DNA of 64,000 bases from Oscillospiraceae bacterium (GTDB taxonomy: Bacteria; Bacillota; Clostridia; Oscillospirales; Oscillospiraceae), in the NCBI GenBank assembly GCA_017458065.1, contig JAFTGD010000065.1, forward strand, positions 17,957 through 81,956, written 5' to 3'. The notes beneath the pieces are model-generated. The model saw only the letters and a list, made by a program, of their open reading frames with translations, was not told the DNA's origin and did not search any database. Positions within the stretch are counted from its first letter, which is position 1, and each line of letters starts with the position of its first letter. Shown one piece after another: positions 19,817 through 29,308 of the stretch. The position numbers and the translations under genes are program-made.

Positions 19817-20308
19817 TCACATACCCTCCAGCAGGCGCACCGTGACGACGCCTGCGTCCGCGTCGGCGCGGAGGATGAAGGCCGGGACCGCGGGGATCAG
19901 GATCTCGCGTCCGTCCGGGGCCTTCACCACGTACACGTCGCTCGCGGGACGCTCAAGGATCTCGGTCAGGGTGCCGACCTCGCTGCCGTCCTCCAGGACG
20001 ACGCGGGCCTCCAGCAGGTCCTGCAGGAAGTAGCCTCCCGGCGGGAGCATGGCGTCCTCCCGGGCAATGAAGACGGACTTGCCCTTGAGCTTCATGGCTT
20101 CGTTCACATCGGCGATGCCCTCCAGCGCCGCGATGACAAAGCGGTTCTGCGGGCGGGCCGAGAGCAGCCTCATCTCCGCACCGTCGACAAAGACGCGCGG
20201 GTACTCCGCCAGGGCGGCGGGGCTGTCCAGCCAGACCTCGATCTTCACTTCGCCGCGGACGCCGTGGGTGTTGGTGATGCGCCCCGCCTCGATATACGGC
20301 TGTTTCAT
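19817..20308 (-). CDS. rimM: ribosome maturation factor RimM
   Basis: MKQPYIEAGRITNTHGVRGEVKIEVWLDSP is the typical RimM N-terminus. ATG 20308 has a GGAGAG RBS. The longer track ORF (to 20389) would overlap the upstream gene. Confidence 0.9.
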   Translation of the reverse strand: MKQPYIEAGRITNTHGVRGEVKIEVWLDSPAALAEYPRVFVDGAEMRLLSARPQNRFVIAALEGIADVNEAMKLKGKSVFIAREDAMLPPGGYFLQDLLEARVVLEDGSEVGTLTEILERPASDVYVVKAPDGREILIPAVPAFILRADADAGVVTVRLLEGM

Positions 20309-20339
20309 GGGTGTTCCACTCTCCTCTGTCTGTGAGCTG

Positions 20340-21251
20340 TCATGCGCCGGTTCCGCTCTCCTGCGGACGGAGGGGCTCCACCCCGTCAAAGCCGGAGAGG
20401 GTCAGGCGCGCATCGACATACTGAAGCTCGCCTTCGAGATCCAGATCGTCCAGCTCATACTCCGTAAGCAGCCGCTCCAGTGCGCCGTCCATCAGCTCTC
20501 GGAGGAAGACGGCAAAGTCCATGTCCACCTGGACGAGCCTGTCGTCATCGTCAACCCAGAAGCTGACAGGGAGGCCCTGCAGGGCCTGCGCTTCCGCGGT
20601 CTCTCCAGCAGCGGAAGTCTCTTCTTCTGCTTCTCCGGTCTCTTCCCCCTCGGGGATGATGACGGCGGCTTCCGCTTCGTTGTCGGGGTCCGCGGTCTCC
20701 GGCCTCTCCAGGTCAAGCAGGACGAGCAGCTCCCCGACGAATTCGTCCGGGAGGATGCCGTCGTAACGCCTGGCATGGGCCCTGTTCACAAGGTCGTCGA
20801 CGGGGTCGGCGAAGTAATCGCCGCAGCGGGCGAGCAGCTTCAGGAGCTCGGCGCTGAGGGTATTCCGGTTCGTTTTCTTTTCCGGGATCAGCTCGCTCCC
20901 GGTATGTTCTTCATCCCAGGGATTGACGATCCAGCTTTCGCTGTTCTTCTGAATATCATAACGCAATTCGCGCTCGACGCCGAGGGTCTCCAGAAGGAGA
21001 TCGGTCCTGATGAGGAGCGGGGACGTCTCGGTATCAAAGCCGCCCGTCACGGTCGCTTCCATCCGAATCTTCTGCCCGCCGACGTCCAGCAGCGCGCCGA
21101 GATAAGCCTCCACATCGGTGTGGAAGCTCTCAAGCTTCGCCATGCGTCTGGCGGTCTTTGTCATCTGGGTCCGGAAAGCGCCGCAGCCGGAAAGCGCCAG
21201 GCACGAGGCCAGCGCCAGCAGCAGCGCGGCCGCTTTTCTCCAATGCTTCAT
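20340..21251 (-). CDS. putative lipoprotein of unknown function
   Basis: The ATG 21251 product starts MKHWRKAAALLLALASCLALSGCG, a signal peptide plus LSGC lipobox. It has an acidic Glu/Asp-rich linker in the middle. I recognise no family. Confidence 0.6.
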   Translation of the reverse strand: MKHWRKAAALLLALASCLALSGCGAFRTQMTKTARRMAKLESFHTDVEAYLGALLDVGGQKIRMEATVTGGFDTETSPLLIRTDLLLETLGVERELRYDIQKNSESWIVNPWDEEHTGSELIPEKKTNRNTLSAELLKLLARCGDYFADPVDDLVNRAHARRYDGILPDEFVGELLVLLDLERPETADPDNEAEAAVIIPEGEETGEAEEETSAAGETAEAQALQGLPVSFWVDDDDRLVQVDMDFAVFLRELMDGALERLLTEYELDDLDLEGELQYVDARLTLSGFDGVEPLRPQESGTGA

Positions 21252-21348
21252 TGCGTTTGTGTTCCTCCTCAGGATCTTCCGGATCGGCTTCGAAAAAAAA
21301 GGGAAGGACCTCTGCCGCTGCACAGAGCCGCGACGAGATCCTTTCCCC

Positions 21349-21579
21349 TCAGTCCAAAATCTCTACCGAGACTTTTTTACCCTTTCGCTGGGCGACGGCC
21401 CGCATCAGCACACGGATCTGCTTGACGATCCTGCCCTGCCGGCCTATGACCTTGCCCATGTCGCCGTCGGCCACGCGGACTTCAAGCACCGTCTCGCCGT
21501 CGACTTTGCGCTCGGTCACAGAGACCTCATCCGGATGATCTACAAGGCTCTGTACAATGTAGGTCAATAGCTCTTTCAT
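21349..21579 (-). CDS. KH-domain RNA-binding protein (YlqC family)
   Basis: 76 aa with GKVIGRQGRIVKQIR (GxxG KH motif), in the conserved position after rpsP. Confidence 0.9.
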   Translation of the reverse strand: MKELLTYIVQSLVDHPDEVSVTERKVDGETVLEVRVADGDMGKVIGRQGRIVKQIRVLMRAVAQRKGKKVSVEILD

Positions 21580-21593
21580 GGAAACTCCTTAAC

Positions 21594-21830
21594 TTATGCT
21601 TCGAGCTTTTTCATCAGGCCGCGTACGGTGTCCGTGGGCTGGGCGCCGTTGGAGATCCAGTACTGTACACGCTCGGTGTTGATCTTCAGCTTGTCGCTTT
21701 CAGCGGACGGGTTGTACACGCCGACTTCCTCGATGAAGCGGCCGTCGCGCGGGGCGCGGGAATCCGCCACAACAATACGATAGTAAGGGGCCTTCTTTGC
21801 ACCCATTCTGCGAAGTCTGATCTTAACCAT
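21594..21830 (-). CDS. rpsP: 30S ribosomal protein S16
   Basis: [41 protein letters not shown] is canonical bS16. Confidence 0.97.
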   Translation of the reverse strand: MVKIRLRRMGAKKAPYYRIVVADSRAPRDGRFIEEVGVYNPSAESDKLKINTERVQYWISNGAQPTDTVRGLMKKLEA

Positions 21831-21933
21831 TCTATCTTCACCTCCAAATTAAAATATGCATAGAATAAAATATATCAGTCAGCGGCCCGCGCAGGATACG
21901 CGAGACCGGAAACTGCCACAGGGATTGCCCCGC

Positions 21934-23301
21934 TCAGAAGCGGAACCCGCCGCCGAGGCCGGGGAAGCCGCCGCCTGCGCGGCCCATCTTCTTCTGCAGC
22001 TTCTTCATGTTCTTGCCGGAGAGCTGCTTGACCATCTGCTGCATGGCGTCGTACTGCTTGAGCAGGCGGTTCACATCCACAACCGAAGTCCCGGAGCCCG
22101 CCGCGATGCGCTTTTTGCGGGAGGAGTTCAGCATCGCGGGATTCTGCCGCTCGGCCTTGGTCATGGAGAGGATGATCGCCTCCTGGCGGGAGAGCAGCTT
22201 CTCGTCCATTTTGGCGCCTTTCAGGGCCTTGGCGTCCATGCCCGGGATCAGCCCGGCAATATCGCCCAGGTCGCCCATGCCCCGCAGCTGGTTCATCTGG
22301 TCCAGATAGTCCGTCAGGGTGAAGCGGTTGGAGAGCAGCTTTTCCGCCGCCTCCTGGGCCTTCTTCTCGTCAAAGCTCTGCTCAGCCTTCTCGATCAGGG
22401 TGAGCACGTCGCCCATGCCGAGGATGCGGGATGCCATGCGGTCGGGATGGAAAGGCTCGATCATGTCGAGCTTCTCGCCAGTGCCGATAAACTTGATCGG
22501 CTTTCCGGTGGCGGCGCGGATCGAGAGCGCGGCGCCGCCTCGCGCGTCGCCGTCGAGCTTGGTGAGCATGACGCCCGTGACGCCCAGCGCCTCGTCGAAG
22601 GCTGTGGCGGCGTTCACCGCATCCTGGCCGGTCATGGCGTCGACCACGAGAAGGATCTCGGCCGGCTCGACCGCGTCGCGGATCTGCTGCAGCTCGGCCA
22701 TCAGGGCCTCGTCAATATGCAGACGGCCCGCGGTGTCAAGGAAGACGAGGTCGTTGCCGTGCTTTTTGGCATGCTCGATGGCGGCCCTGGCAATGTCGAC
22801 AGGATTCGTCGTGCCCATCTGGAAGACCGGGATATCCAGCTGTGCGCCGACCGTCTCCAGCTGCTTGATGGCGGCGGGACGGTAGATATCGCAGGCGACC
22901 AGCAGCGGGCGCTTGCCCTGCTTGCGCATATAGCCGGCGAGCTTGGCGCCGTTGGTGGTCTTGCCCGCGCCCTGCAGGCCGACCAGCATCACCACGGAGG
23001 GCGTCTTCGACGAGATGCTGAGCTTCTGGTTCTCGCCGCCCATGAGGCTGCAGAGCTCCTCGTTGACGATCTTGATGACCATCTGGGCCGGGGAGAGGGC
23101 CTCCAGCACCTCGGCGCCGCTGGCGCGCTCGGTCACGGTCTTCGTAAAGTCCTTGACGACCTTGTAGCTGACGTCCGCCTCCAGAAGGGCGAGACGGACC
23201 TCGCGCATGGCTTCTTTGATGTCGGCAGGGGTCAGACGCCCTTTGCCGCGCAGCCGCTTGAAGGCCGCGGTCAACTTGTCGGATAAGCTCTCAAACGCCA
23301 T
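21934..23301 (-). CDS. ffh: signal recognition particle protein Ffh
   Basis: 455 aa with the NG domain (GLQGAGKTT, DTAGR) and a Met-rich M domain with a GGGF tail. Confidence 0.97.
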   Translation of the reverse strand: MAFESLSDKLTAAFKRLRGKGRLTPADIKEAMREVRLALLEADVSYKVVKDFTKTVTERASGAEVLEALSPAQMVIKIVNEELCSLMGGENQKLSISSKTPSVVMLVGLQGAGKTTNGAKLAGYMRKQGKRPLLVACDIYRPAAIKQLETVGAQLDIPVFQMGTTNPVDIARAAIEHAKKHGNDLVFLDTAGRLHIDEALMAELQQIRDAVEPAEILLVVDAMTGQDAVNAATAFDEALGVTGVMLTKLDGDARGGAALSIRAATGKPIKFIGTGEKLDMIEPFHPDRMASRILGMGDVLTLIEKAEQSFDEKKAQEAAEKLLSNRFTLTDYLDQMNQLRGMGDLGDIAGLIPGMDAKALKGAKMDEKLLSRQEAIILSMTKAERQNPAMLNSSRKKRIAAGSGTSVVDVNRLLKQYDAMQQMVKQLSGKNMKKLQKKMGRAGGGFPGLGGGFRF

Positions 23302-23304
23302 GTC

Positions 23305-23655
23305 TCAGTCCTCCGTCTTCAAAAGGCCGCCGACCTCCGCTGCCGCCTCCTGCGCCAGGGCGCTCAGCTCGGCATCACAGGCGCAGCGCTCCATAAGCCG
23401 CTGCAGCTTCTCTTCCAGCCGCCTCAGGTGCTCCGCCGTCTTCTGCTGGCGGCGGATGAGGCCGGTCTTCTCCTCCGTCTGCTCCAGCGCGGCAGTGGCC
23501 CGGCGGATATGGTCCCAGGCCGCCTGACGGCTGATGCCGCAGGCTTCGGCAATCTCGGAAAGGGAGAGGTCCTCGTCATAGTACAGCTCACAGCACTCCC
23601 GCTGGCGCGGGGTGAGAAGTGCGCCGTAATAGTCCAGCAGCATGCTGCGGTACAT
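23305..23655 (-). CDS. ylxM: YlxM/UPF0122 putative helix-turn-helix protein
   Basis: MYRSMLLDYYGALLTPRQRECCELYYDEDLSLSEIAE matches the YlxM pattern. The track start 23694 is TTG and sits about 3 nt from the predicted TSS, so ATG 23655 is preferred. Confidence 0.8.
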   Translation of the reverse strand: MYRSMLLDYYGALLTPRQRECCELYYDEDLSLSEIAEACGISRQAAWDHIRRATAALEQTEEKTGLIRRQQKTAEHLRRLEEKLQRLMERCACDAELSALAQEAAAEVGGLLKTED

Positions 23656-23703
23656 GCGGTCCTGCGGCACGCGCTCGCCCCCTCTCTCACTCAAAGCGAG
23701 GCG

Positions 23704-23732
23704 ATCATAACACAGGCGGCACAGGCTGTCAA
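23704..23732 (-). promoter_or_regulatory. candidate promoter of the ylxM-ffh-rpsP... operon
   Basis: The minus strand reads TTGACA (23732-23727), a 17-nt spacer ending in TGT, then TATGAT (23709-23704). Confidence 0.55.
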
Positions 23733-23866
23733 GTATTTTTTCTTGTCACCTTGAAAAGGCGCAGGAGATTAGAGAAATCTTTCTCCCCTTCCCCCGATCT
23801 GCCTCTACCATTTTTCGGCTTTTTATGATATAGTATATTATTATTGATTTTCGAGGAGCGAAGGAT

Positions 23867-25195
23867 ATGGAATATTCCAGAGTTGAGATCCGCCCGGGCG
23901 TCTGGCTGACTCATCTGCGGGAGGACAAGTTCAAGACCGCCTGCTTCAGCGTGCATCTGCTGTCGCAGCTGAACCGCGAGACCGCCTCCATGAACGCGCT
24001 GATCCCCTATGTGCTGCGGCGCGGTACGGGGCAGTACCCGGACATGGAGACGCTGAGCGCCAGGATGGAAGAGCTTTACGGAACGGTGATCGAGCCCTCG
24101 ATCCGCCGCATCGGCGAGATCCACTGCTGCGGCTTTTACGCAAGCTTTCCGGAGGACGATTTTCTTCCGGGAGAGAAGCGCGTGCTGAATGATGCGACGG
24201 CTCTGACGCTGCAGATGCTGCTCGCGCCGCTCACGCGGGGCGGGCTGCTTCTGCCCGCGTATGTAGAGAGCGAGCGGGAGAAGCTGCTGGATCTCATCGC
24301 GTCCCGCGTCAACAACAAGCGCAGCTACGCCGTCATTCGCTGTATTGAGGAGATGTGCTGCTGCGAGGACTTTTCCGTCAGCCGCTACGGCGACGAGGAG
24401 AGCTGCCGCTCCATCAACTACAAGAAGCTGAGCCGGCATTACCGGACGCTGCTGCAGACCTGCCCGATTGAGCTGTTCTACTGCGGGCGCGCCTCCCTTG
24501 CCGAGATGAAGGCCATCCTGCGCGACCAGCTGGCAACGCTGCCCCGCGGGGAGATCGACGACGAGATCGGGACCGAGATCCGCATGAACGCGCTGGAGGA
24601 ACAGCCCCGCTATGCCGAGGAGGAGATGGACGTCGCCCAAGCCAACCTTGTCATCGGCTGGCGGCTGGGCGAGTGCATGGAGGACCCGGACTTTGCGGCC
24701 CTGTATGTGTTCAACGACGTCTTCGGCGGGAGCCCCAGCTCGAAGCTGTTTCTGAACGTGAGAGAAAAGCTCTCGCTCTGCTATTACGCCAGTTCCGTCA
24801 TCGATGTGCGCAAGGGGCTGCTGCTGGTCTCGTCCGGGATCCAGCTCTCGAACTGCGAGGCGGCGAAAAAGGAGATCTTCGCCCAGCTGGACGCGGTCCG
24901 CGAGGGCAATTTCACCGATGAAGAGCTGGAGACCGCAAAGGCCGGAGTAATTTCGGACCTGCGTTCGACGCCCGACTCGCAGGCGGCGCTGGAGAGCTTC
25001 TATCTTGCGCAGGCGGTGTCCGGGGCGGACTACAGCCCGGATGACCTCGCAGCGCTCGTGAGCGAGGTGACCGCGGAGCGCGTGACCGCCATCGCAAGGA
25101 CGGTCGAGTGCGACCAGATCTACCTGCTGCGGCAGGGGGCTGACGCGGAAGAGAGCACAGAGGAGGAAGACGAAGATGACGATGCAGAGGCTTGA
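23867..25195 (+). CDS. M16-family peptidase-like protein lacking the HxxEH zinc motif (YmfF-like)
   Basis: 442 aa with an insulinase-like two-domain layout and no HxxEH. It ends in an acidic tail (EESTEEEDEDDDAEA) and is paired with the next gene, as in Bacillus ymfF-ymfH. Confidence 0.7.
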   Translation: MEYSRVEIRPGVWLTHLREDKFKTACFSVHLLSQLNRETASMNALIPYVLRRGTGQYPDMETLSARMEELYGTVIEPSIRRIGEIHCCGFYASFPEDDFLPGEKRVLNDATALTLQMLLAPLTRGGLLLPAYVESEREKLLDLIASRVNNKRSYAVIRCIEEMCCCEDFSVSRYGDEESCRSINYKKLSRHYRTLLQTCPIELFYCGRASLAEMKAILRDQLATLPRGEIDDEIGTEIRMNALEEQPRYAEEEMDVAQANLVIGWRLGECMEDPDFAALYVFNDVFGGSPSSKLFLNVREKLSLCYYASSVIDVRKGLLLVSSGIQLSNCEAAKKEIFAQLDAVREGNFTDEELETAKAGVISDLRSTPDSQAALESFYLAQAVSGADYSPDDLAALVSEVTAERVTAIARTVECDQIYLLRQGADAEESTEEEDEDDDAEA

Positions 25196-26459
25196 TTACC
25201 CCGCGACGGGGGACGTGCTCTACAGTGGCACGGCCCGGAACGGGCTGCGCATCCGCGTGCTGCCAAAGCAGGGATTCTCGGGCTTCTACGCGGTGTTTGC
25301 GACGGACTACGGCGGGACCTACCGCCGCTTCACGCTGGACGGAGTCGTGCACGACACGCCGGCGGGCGTCGCCCACTATCTGGAGCACAAGATGTTCGAC
25401 CTGCCGGACGGGGACAACGCGCTGACGCTGCTGTCGCAGAACGGGGCCGACCCCAACGCGTTTACCGCCTCGGACGTGACCTGCTATTACTTCCACTGCA
25501 CGAGAATGTTCGAAGAGAACCTGCGCCTGCTGCTGCACTTTGTCTCGACGCCGTACTTCACGACGGAGACGGTGCAGAAGGAGCAGGGCATCATCGGGCA
25601 GGAGATCCACATGGGCGAAGACCGGCCCGGTACGGCCAATTACTATAACCTGCTGAATCTGCTCTACCGCAGCCACCCGATCCGCGAGAAGGTCATCGGC
25701 ACGGTGGAGAGCATCGCCGAGATCACGGCCGAGACGCTCTATGCCTGCCACGCCGCCTTCTACACGCCGGGCAACATGGTCCTGTGCGTGGCCGGGGACG
25801 TGGACCCGGAGAGCATCCTCGCCATCGCGGAAGAGGAGCTGCCCGCCGAGGGCGGGTCCGTACCGGTGGTCGACTTCGGCGAAGAGGAGGACCTGCTTCC
25901 CGTCCGGCAGCGCAGCGTGCTGGAGATGCCGGTTTCGGCGCCGCAGTTCCTTATCGGGGCGAAGCTGCGCCCCGCGGAAAAGGGCGAGGCCCTGTTTCGT
26001 CAGCAGCTGACCGCGTCTCTCGCGATGCGGCTGCTGGCGGGCGCTTCCAGCCCCTTCTACAACCGGCTCTATGAGTCGGGACTGCTGAACCGCAGCTTCG
26101 ACGCGGACGCGGACTTTTCCACCGGCGTCGGCACGGTCATCATCGGCGGCGAGAGCCGCGATCCGGACGCCGTGCTCACGGCGCTGCTGGAGGAAGTCGG
26201 GCGGATCGGCCGGGAGGGCATCGACGCGGGACTCTATGAGCGCACCAAACGGGCCGGGATCGGCACGGCGCTGCGCGGGATGGAGGACTTTGACGATGTG
26301 TGCGTGTCGCTGGCGCTGGATGAGTTTGACGGCTTCTGCTATCTCGACTACCCCGCCCTGATGGCGAGCATCGAGAAAAGCGAGTGCGAGGCCTTCATCC
26401 GGGAGACGCTGCAGCCGGAGCGCATCGCCCTCTCGATCGTGGAAGCGAAGAAGCCCTGA
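25176..26459 (+). CDS. M16-family zinc peptidase (YmfH-like)
   Basis: 427 aa. The HxxEH motif is present (GVAHYLEHKMF). GAGGAGGAAG RBS. Overlaps the previous gene by 20 nt. Confidence 0.8.
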   Translation: MTMQRLDYPATGDVLYSGTARNGLRIRVLPKQGFSGFYAVFATDYGGTYRRFTLDGVVHDTPAGVAHYLEHKMFDLPDGDNALTLLSQNGADPNAFTASDVTCYYFHCTRMFEENLRLLLHFVSTPYFTTETVQKEQGIIGQEIHMGEDRPGTANYYNLLNLLYRSHPIREKVIGTVESIAEITAETLYACHAAFYTPGNMVLCVAGDVDPESILAIAEEELPAEGGSVPVVDFGEEEDLLPVRQRSVLEMPVSAPQFLIGAKLRPAEKGEALFRQQLTASLAMRLLAGASSPFYNRLYESGLLNRSFDADADFSTGVGTVIIGGESRDPDAVLTALLEEVGRIGREGIDAGLYERTKRAGIGTALRGMEDFDDVCVSLALDEFDGFCYLDYPALMASIEKSECEAFIRETLQPERIALSIVEAKKP

Positions 26460-26462
26460 GCG

Positions 26463-27296
26463 ATGTTCCCTCTCCTTCTCGAGACCATCCAGAGGGACTC
26501 GGCCATCAGCTTTCCCATGCTCGGCGACTGGGTGATCGATCCCCCGGCCTCGTTCACGCTTTTCGGGCGCAGCATCTACCTCTACGGCGTGGTGATCGCG
26601 CTCGCGTTTCTGTGCGGGATCCTGCTCTCAGCCGGGAAGGCGCCGCAGTTCGGTATCAGCGCGGACAGCTTTTACGACCTGATGATCTGGGTCATCCCGC
26701 TCTCGATCCTCGGCGCGAGGCTCTACTACGTGGCCTTTCAGGCGGATTATTACCTGGCGCATCCGGGTGAGATTTTCGCCGTCTGGGAGGGCGGGCTCGC
26801 CATCTACGGCGGGATCATCGCGGGCTTTCTGGTCACGCTGGTGTTCTGCCGGGTGAAGCAGCACCCCTTCCCCGCCATGCTGGACGCGATGTCCTTCGGC
26901 ATCCTGCTCGGGCAGGCCATCGGGCGCTGGGGCAACTTCTTCAACCGCGAGGCCTTCGGCGCCGAGACGGAGATCTTCTGCCGGATGGGGCTTACGGCCC
27001 CGGACGGCTCCGCCGTCTATGTGCACCCGACCTTCCTGTACGAGAGCCTGTGGAATCTATGCGGACTGGTGCTGCTGAGTCTGTTTGTGCGGCGCGGAAA
27101 ACGCCGCTACGACGGGCAGTGCATCCTGCTGTACTTTCTCTGGTACGGCCTCGGCCGCGTCTGGATCGAGGGGCTGCGCACGGACAGTCTTTATCTCGGA
27201 TCCACGGGGATCCGCGTCTCCCAATTACTCAGTATTGTTCTCGTTCTGATCAGCACAGGAATCTTGATCAAAAAACGGAGGGAAAACCATGTCTGA
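26463..27296 (+). CDS. lgt: prolipoprotein diacylglyceryl transferase
   Basis: 277 aa with GLAIYGGIIAG and GRWGNFFNREAFG, which are Lgt signatures. Confidence 0.95.
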   Translation: MFPLLLETIQRDSAISFPMLGDWVIDPPASFTLFGRSIYLYGVVIALAFLCGILLSAGKAPQFGISADSFYDLMIWVIPLSILGARLYYVAFQADYYLAHPGEIFAVWEGGLAIYGGIIAGFLVTLVFCRVKQHPFPAMLDAMSFGILLGQAIGRWGNFFNREAFGAETEIFCRMGLTAPDGSAVYVHPTFLYESLWNLCGLVLLSLFVRRGKRRYDGQCILLYFLWYGLGRVWIEGLRTDSLYLGSTGIRVSQLLSIVLVLISTGILIKKRRENHV

Positions 27297-27756
27297 CTAC
27301 AAGGATTTTGTCGGCAATATTCTGAACAAGGCCAAAGACCTCGCCGGCAGCGAGGCCATCGGCGGCGCTGTGGAGAAGGTCAAGGACGCTGCCGCAAGCA
27401 CCGGCATCACCGATGTGATCGAGAAGGGCACGCAGCGCGCCAGGTCCTTCGGGACGGCGACCAGAAACACCCTGGACCTGAACCGCGAGCACAGGGAACT
27501 GGAGCGTGTCTTCGCCGAGATCGGCAAGCTTTACTATGAGCAGGCGCAGAGCACGGCGGAGGGCTTCTTCGTGCCGCTGTTTGAGCAGGTCACAGCTCTG
27601 CAGGACACCATCGCGGCAAAAGAGGCCGAGATCGAAGCCTACAGAGCTTCCTTCGGGACCGCGCCGGCAGAGGCCGGAGAGACGGGGCTGGAGAGCAGAA
27701 TCGACGACTTTGAGTCGATCGTGAACCAGACGGAGAACGATGGCGCCGCGAGGTAA
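27289..27756 (+). CDS. hypothetical helical protein (155 aa)
   Basis: ATG with a GGAGGG RBS. It overlaps lgt by 8 nt and the next gene by 17 nt. It looks coiled-coil-like (REHRELERVFAEIGKLYYEQAQ, AAKEAEIEAYR). I recognise no family. Confidence 0.6.
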   Translation: MSDYKDFVGNILNKAKDLAGSEAIGGAVEKVKDAAASTGITDVIEKGTQRARSFGTATRNTLDLNREHRELERVFAEIGKLYYEQAQSTAEGFFVPLFEQVTALQDTIAAKEAEIEAYRASFGTAPAEAGETGLESRIDDFESIVNQTENDGAAR

Positions 27757-29305
27757 GCTGCGCACCCTGCTGCCGCTGCTGATCGTCCTGCTCCTCGTCC
27801 TGGGCGTCTGCGTACACTTCTGTCTCTGGAAGAGCGGCATGTTCATCGACGAGATCTACACCTACGGACTCGCGAACAGCCGCTATATGCCCTTTATCGG
27901 GCACGGGGACCACGACCGGATCGCCGAACAGATCATCACGCGGGAGGACTTCTTTGACTACCTGGCGGTGACGGAGGGCGAGCCCGCACCCGACCCCGGA
28001 TCGGTCTACTATAACCAGGTGCAGGACGTCCATCCCCCGCTCTACTACTGGATCCTGAACCTCTGCTCGACGCTTGCGAGGGGACAGTTCAGCAAGTGGA
28101 TCGGGCTTATCCCGGATCTGATTCTCTATCTGGGGCTGCTGGCGCTGCTGTACATGCTGGGGTTGGAGCTCTTCCGCAATCCTTATGTCGCAGCTTCCGT
28201 GACGGTCCTCTACGGGCTGAGCCAGGTCGGGCTGAGCACGATGCTGATGATCCGTATGTACGTGCTGGTGACGCTGCTCACAGTACTGCTGGCCCTGCTC
28301 ACGGCGAAGGAGCTGCGCGCCCCTTCGCGGAAGAAGGAACTGGGCATCGGGGTCACGATCTTTCTGGGACTGATGACCCAGTACTACTTTGTGTTCTACG
28401 CCTTCTTTCTCTGCGCAGCGGCGGTGATCGTCTTCCTCTGCCGGAAGGAGCGGAAGGCGGCGCTCGGCTTCTCGCTCTTTGCCTTTGCGGGTGTAGGGGC
28501 GATGCTGCTGTGCTTTCCGGCGGTGTTCGACCAGATGACCGGGCAGCGCCTCGGGCCCGAGAGCGACGCGCTGGCAAACCTGAAGAACGTCGGCGCCTGG
28601 GCCGGACGGCTGCGGTATTATTTCGGCCAGTTCCGCGTCGGGCTGCCGGGTGCCATTGCCTTTGCGCTGATTGCGGCCCTCATGTGGATGGTGCTGTCTC
28701 TGGTCCGGAAGGAGACGCGCCTGCAGCGCGGGGACTGGCGCTTCCTGATCCTGCTGCTGCCGGTGATCCCGACGGTAATGGTTCCGGCGATTATCTCGCC
28801 CGTGCTGGAGGGCCGGTATATCTACAACATCATGCCCATTGCGGCGGTGGCCACGGGCTTCTGCCTGACGGCCTGCGGACGGCATATGGATATGCGCGCC
28901 GCCTTCGGCGGGATTCTGGCGTTCAGCCTGCTCTGGTCGCTGCGGACGGTGCCGGACTATATCTATGACGAGCACCGGGGCTACAGCGAGGCGGTCTCGG
29001 CCCACGCAGGGGCGCCCTGCCTGTACCTCACGGAGTACTACGCCGGACCGACCCAGGACATGCTGCAGCTGATGGCCTTTGACGAGGTCTATGTGGCGGG
29101 CGATCCCGAGTCCCCCGCGCTGGCGGAGTATCTGGAGCGGGAGAACGCGGACGAGCTCGTCGTCTACATCGACATCGACAGCATGTGGGGCTCGGGCTTT
29201 GATCCGGGCGAGATGCTGGAGGAACTGGAAGCCGCGACGGGCTATGCCGAGGAAGAGCACCTCTATCAATACGCGCTGAGCGATACCTATCTGTTGAGGA
29301 GATAA
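27740..29305 (+). CDS. GT-C fold membrane glycosyltransferase (PMT_2/ArnT-like, GT39/GT83 type)
   Basis: 521 aa with more than 10 TM segments. The first-loop acidic motif FIDEIYTY and the HPPLYYW motif are typical of polyprenol-phosphate-sugar-dependent GT-C enzymes. It also has a soluble C-terminal domain. Confidence 0.75.
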   Translation: MAPRGKLRTLLPLLIVLLLVLGVCVHFCLWKSGMFIDEIYTYGLANSRYMPFIGHGDHDRIAEQIITREDFFDYLAVTEGEPAPDPGSVYYNQVQDVHPPLYYWILNLCSTLARGQFSKWIGLIPDLILYLGLLALLYMLGLELFRNPYVAASVTVLYGLSQVGLSTMLMIRMYVLVTLLTVLLALLTAKELRAPSRKKELGIGVTIFLGLMTQYYFVFYAFFLCAAAVIVFLCRKERKAALGFSLFAFAGVGAMLLCFPAVFDQMTGQRLGPESDALANLKNVGAWAGRLRYYFGQFRVGLPGAIAFALIAALMWMVLSLVRKETRLQRGDWRFLILLLPVIPTVMVPAIISPVLEGRYIYNIMPIAAVATGFCLTACGRHMDMRAAFGGILAFSLLWSLRTVPDYIYDEHRGYSEAVSAHAGAPCLYLTEYYAGPTQDMLQLMAFDEVYVAGDPESPALAEYLERENADELVVYIDIDSMWGSGFDPGEMLEELEAATGYAEEEHLYQYALSDTYLLRR

Positions 29306-29308
29306 AGC

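Noticed and set aside
21856-23286. 476-aa plus-strand ORF
   Set aside because: It is antisense to ffh and has low-complexity composition.
23729-24640. 303-aa minus-strand ORF
   Set aside because: It is antisense to the first M16 peptidase gene, and the region upstream of 23867 is promoter DNA.
27590-29269. 559-aa minus-strand ORF
   Set aside because: It is antisense to the GT-C glycosyltransferase gene. It is extremely Arg/Pro/Gln/His-rich, and the plus-strand frame has the TM pattern and motifs.
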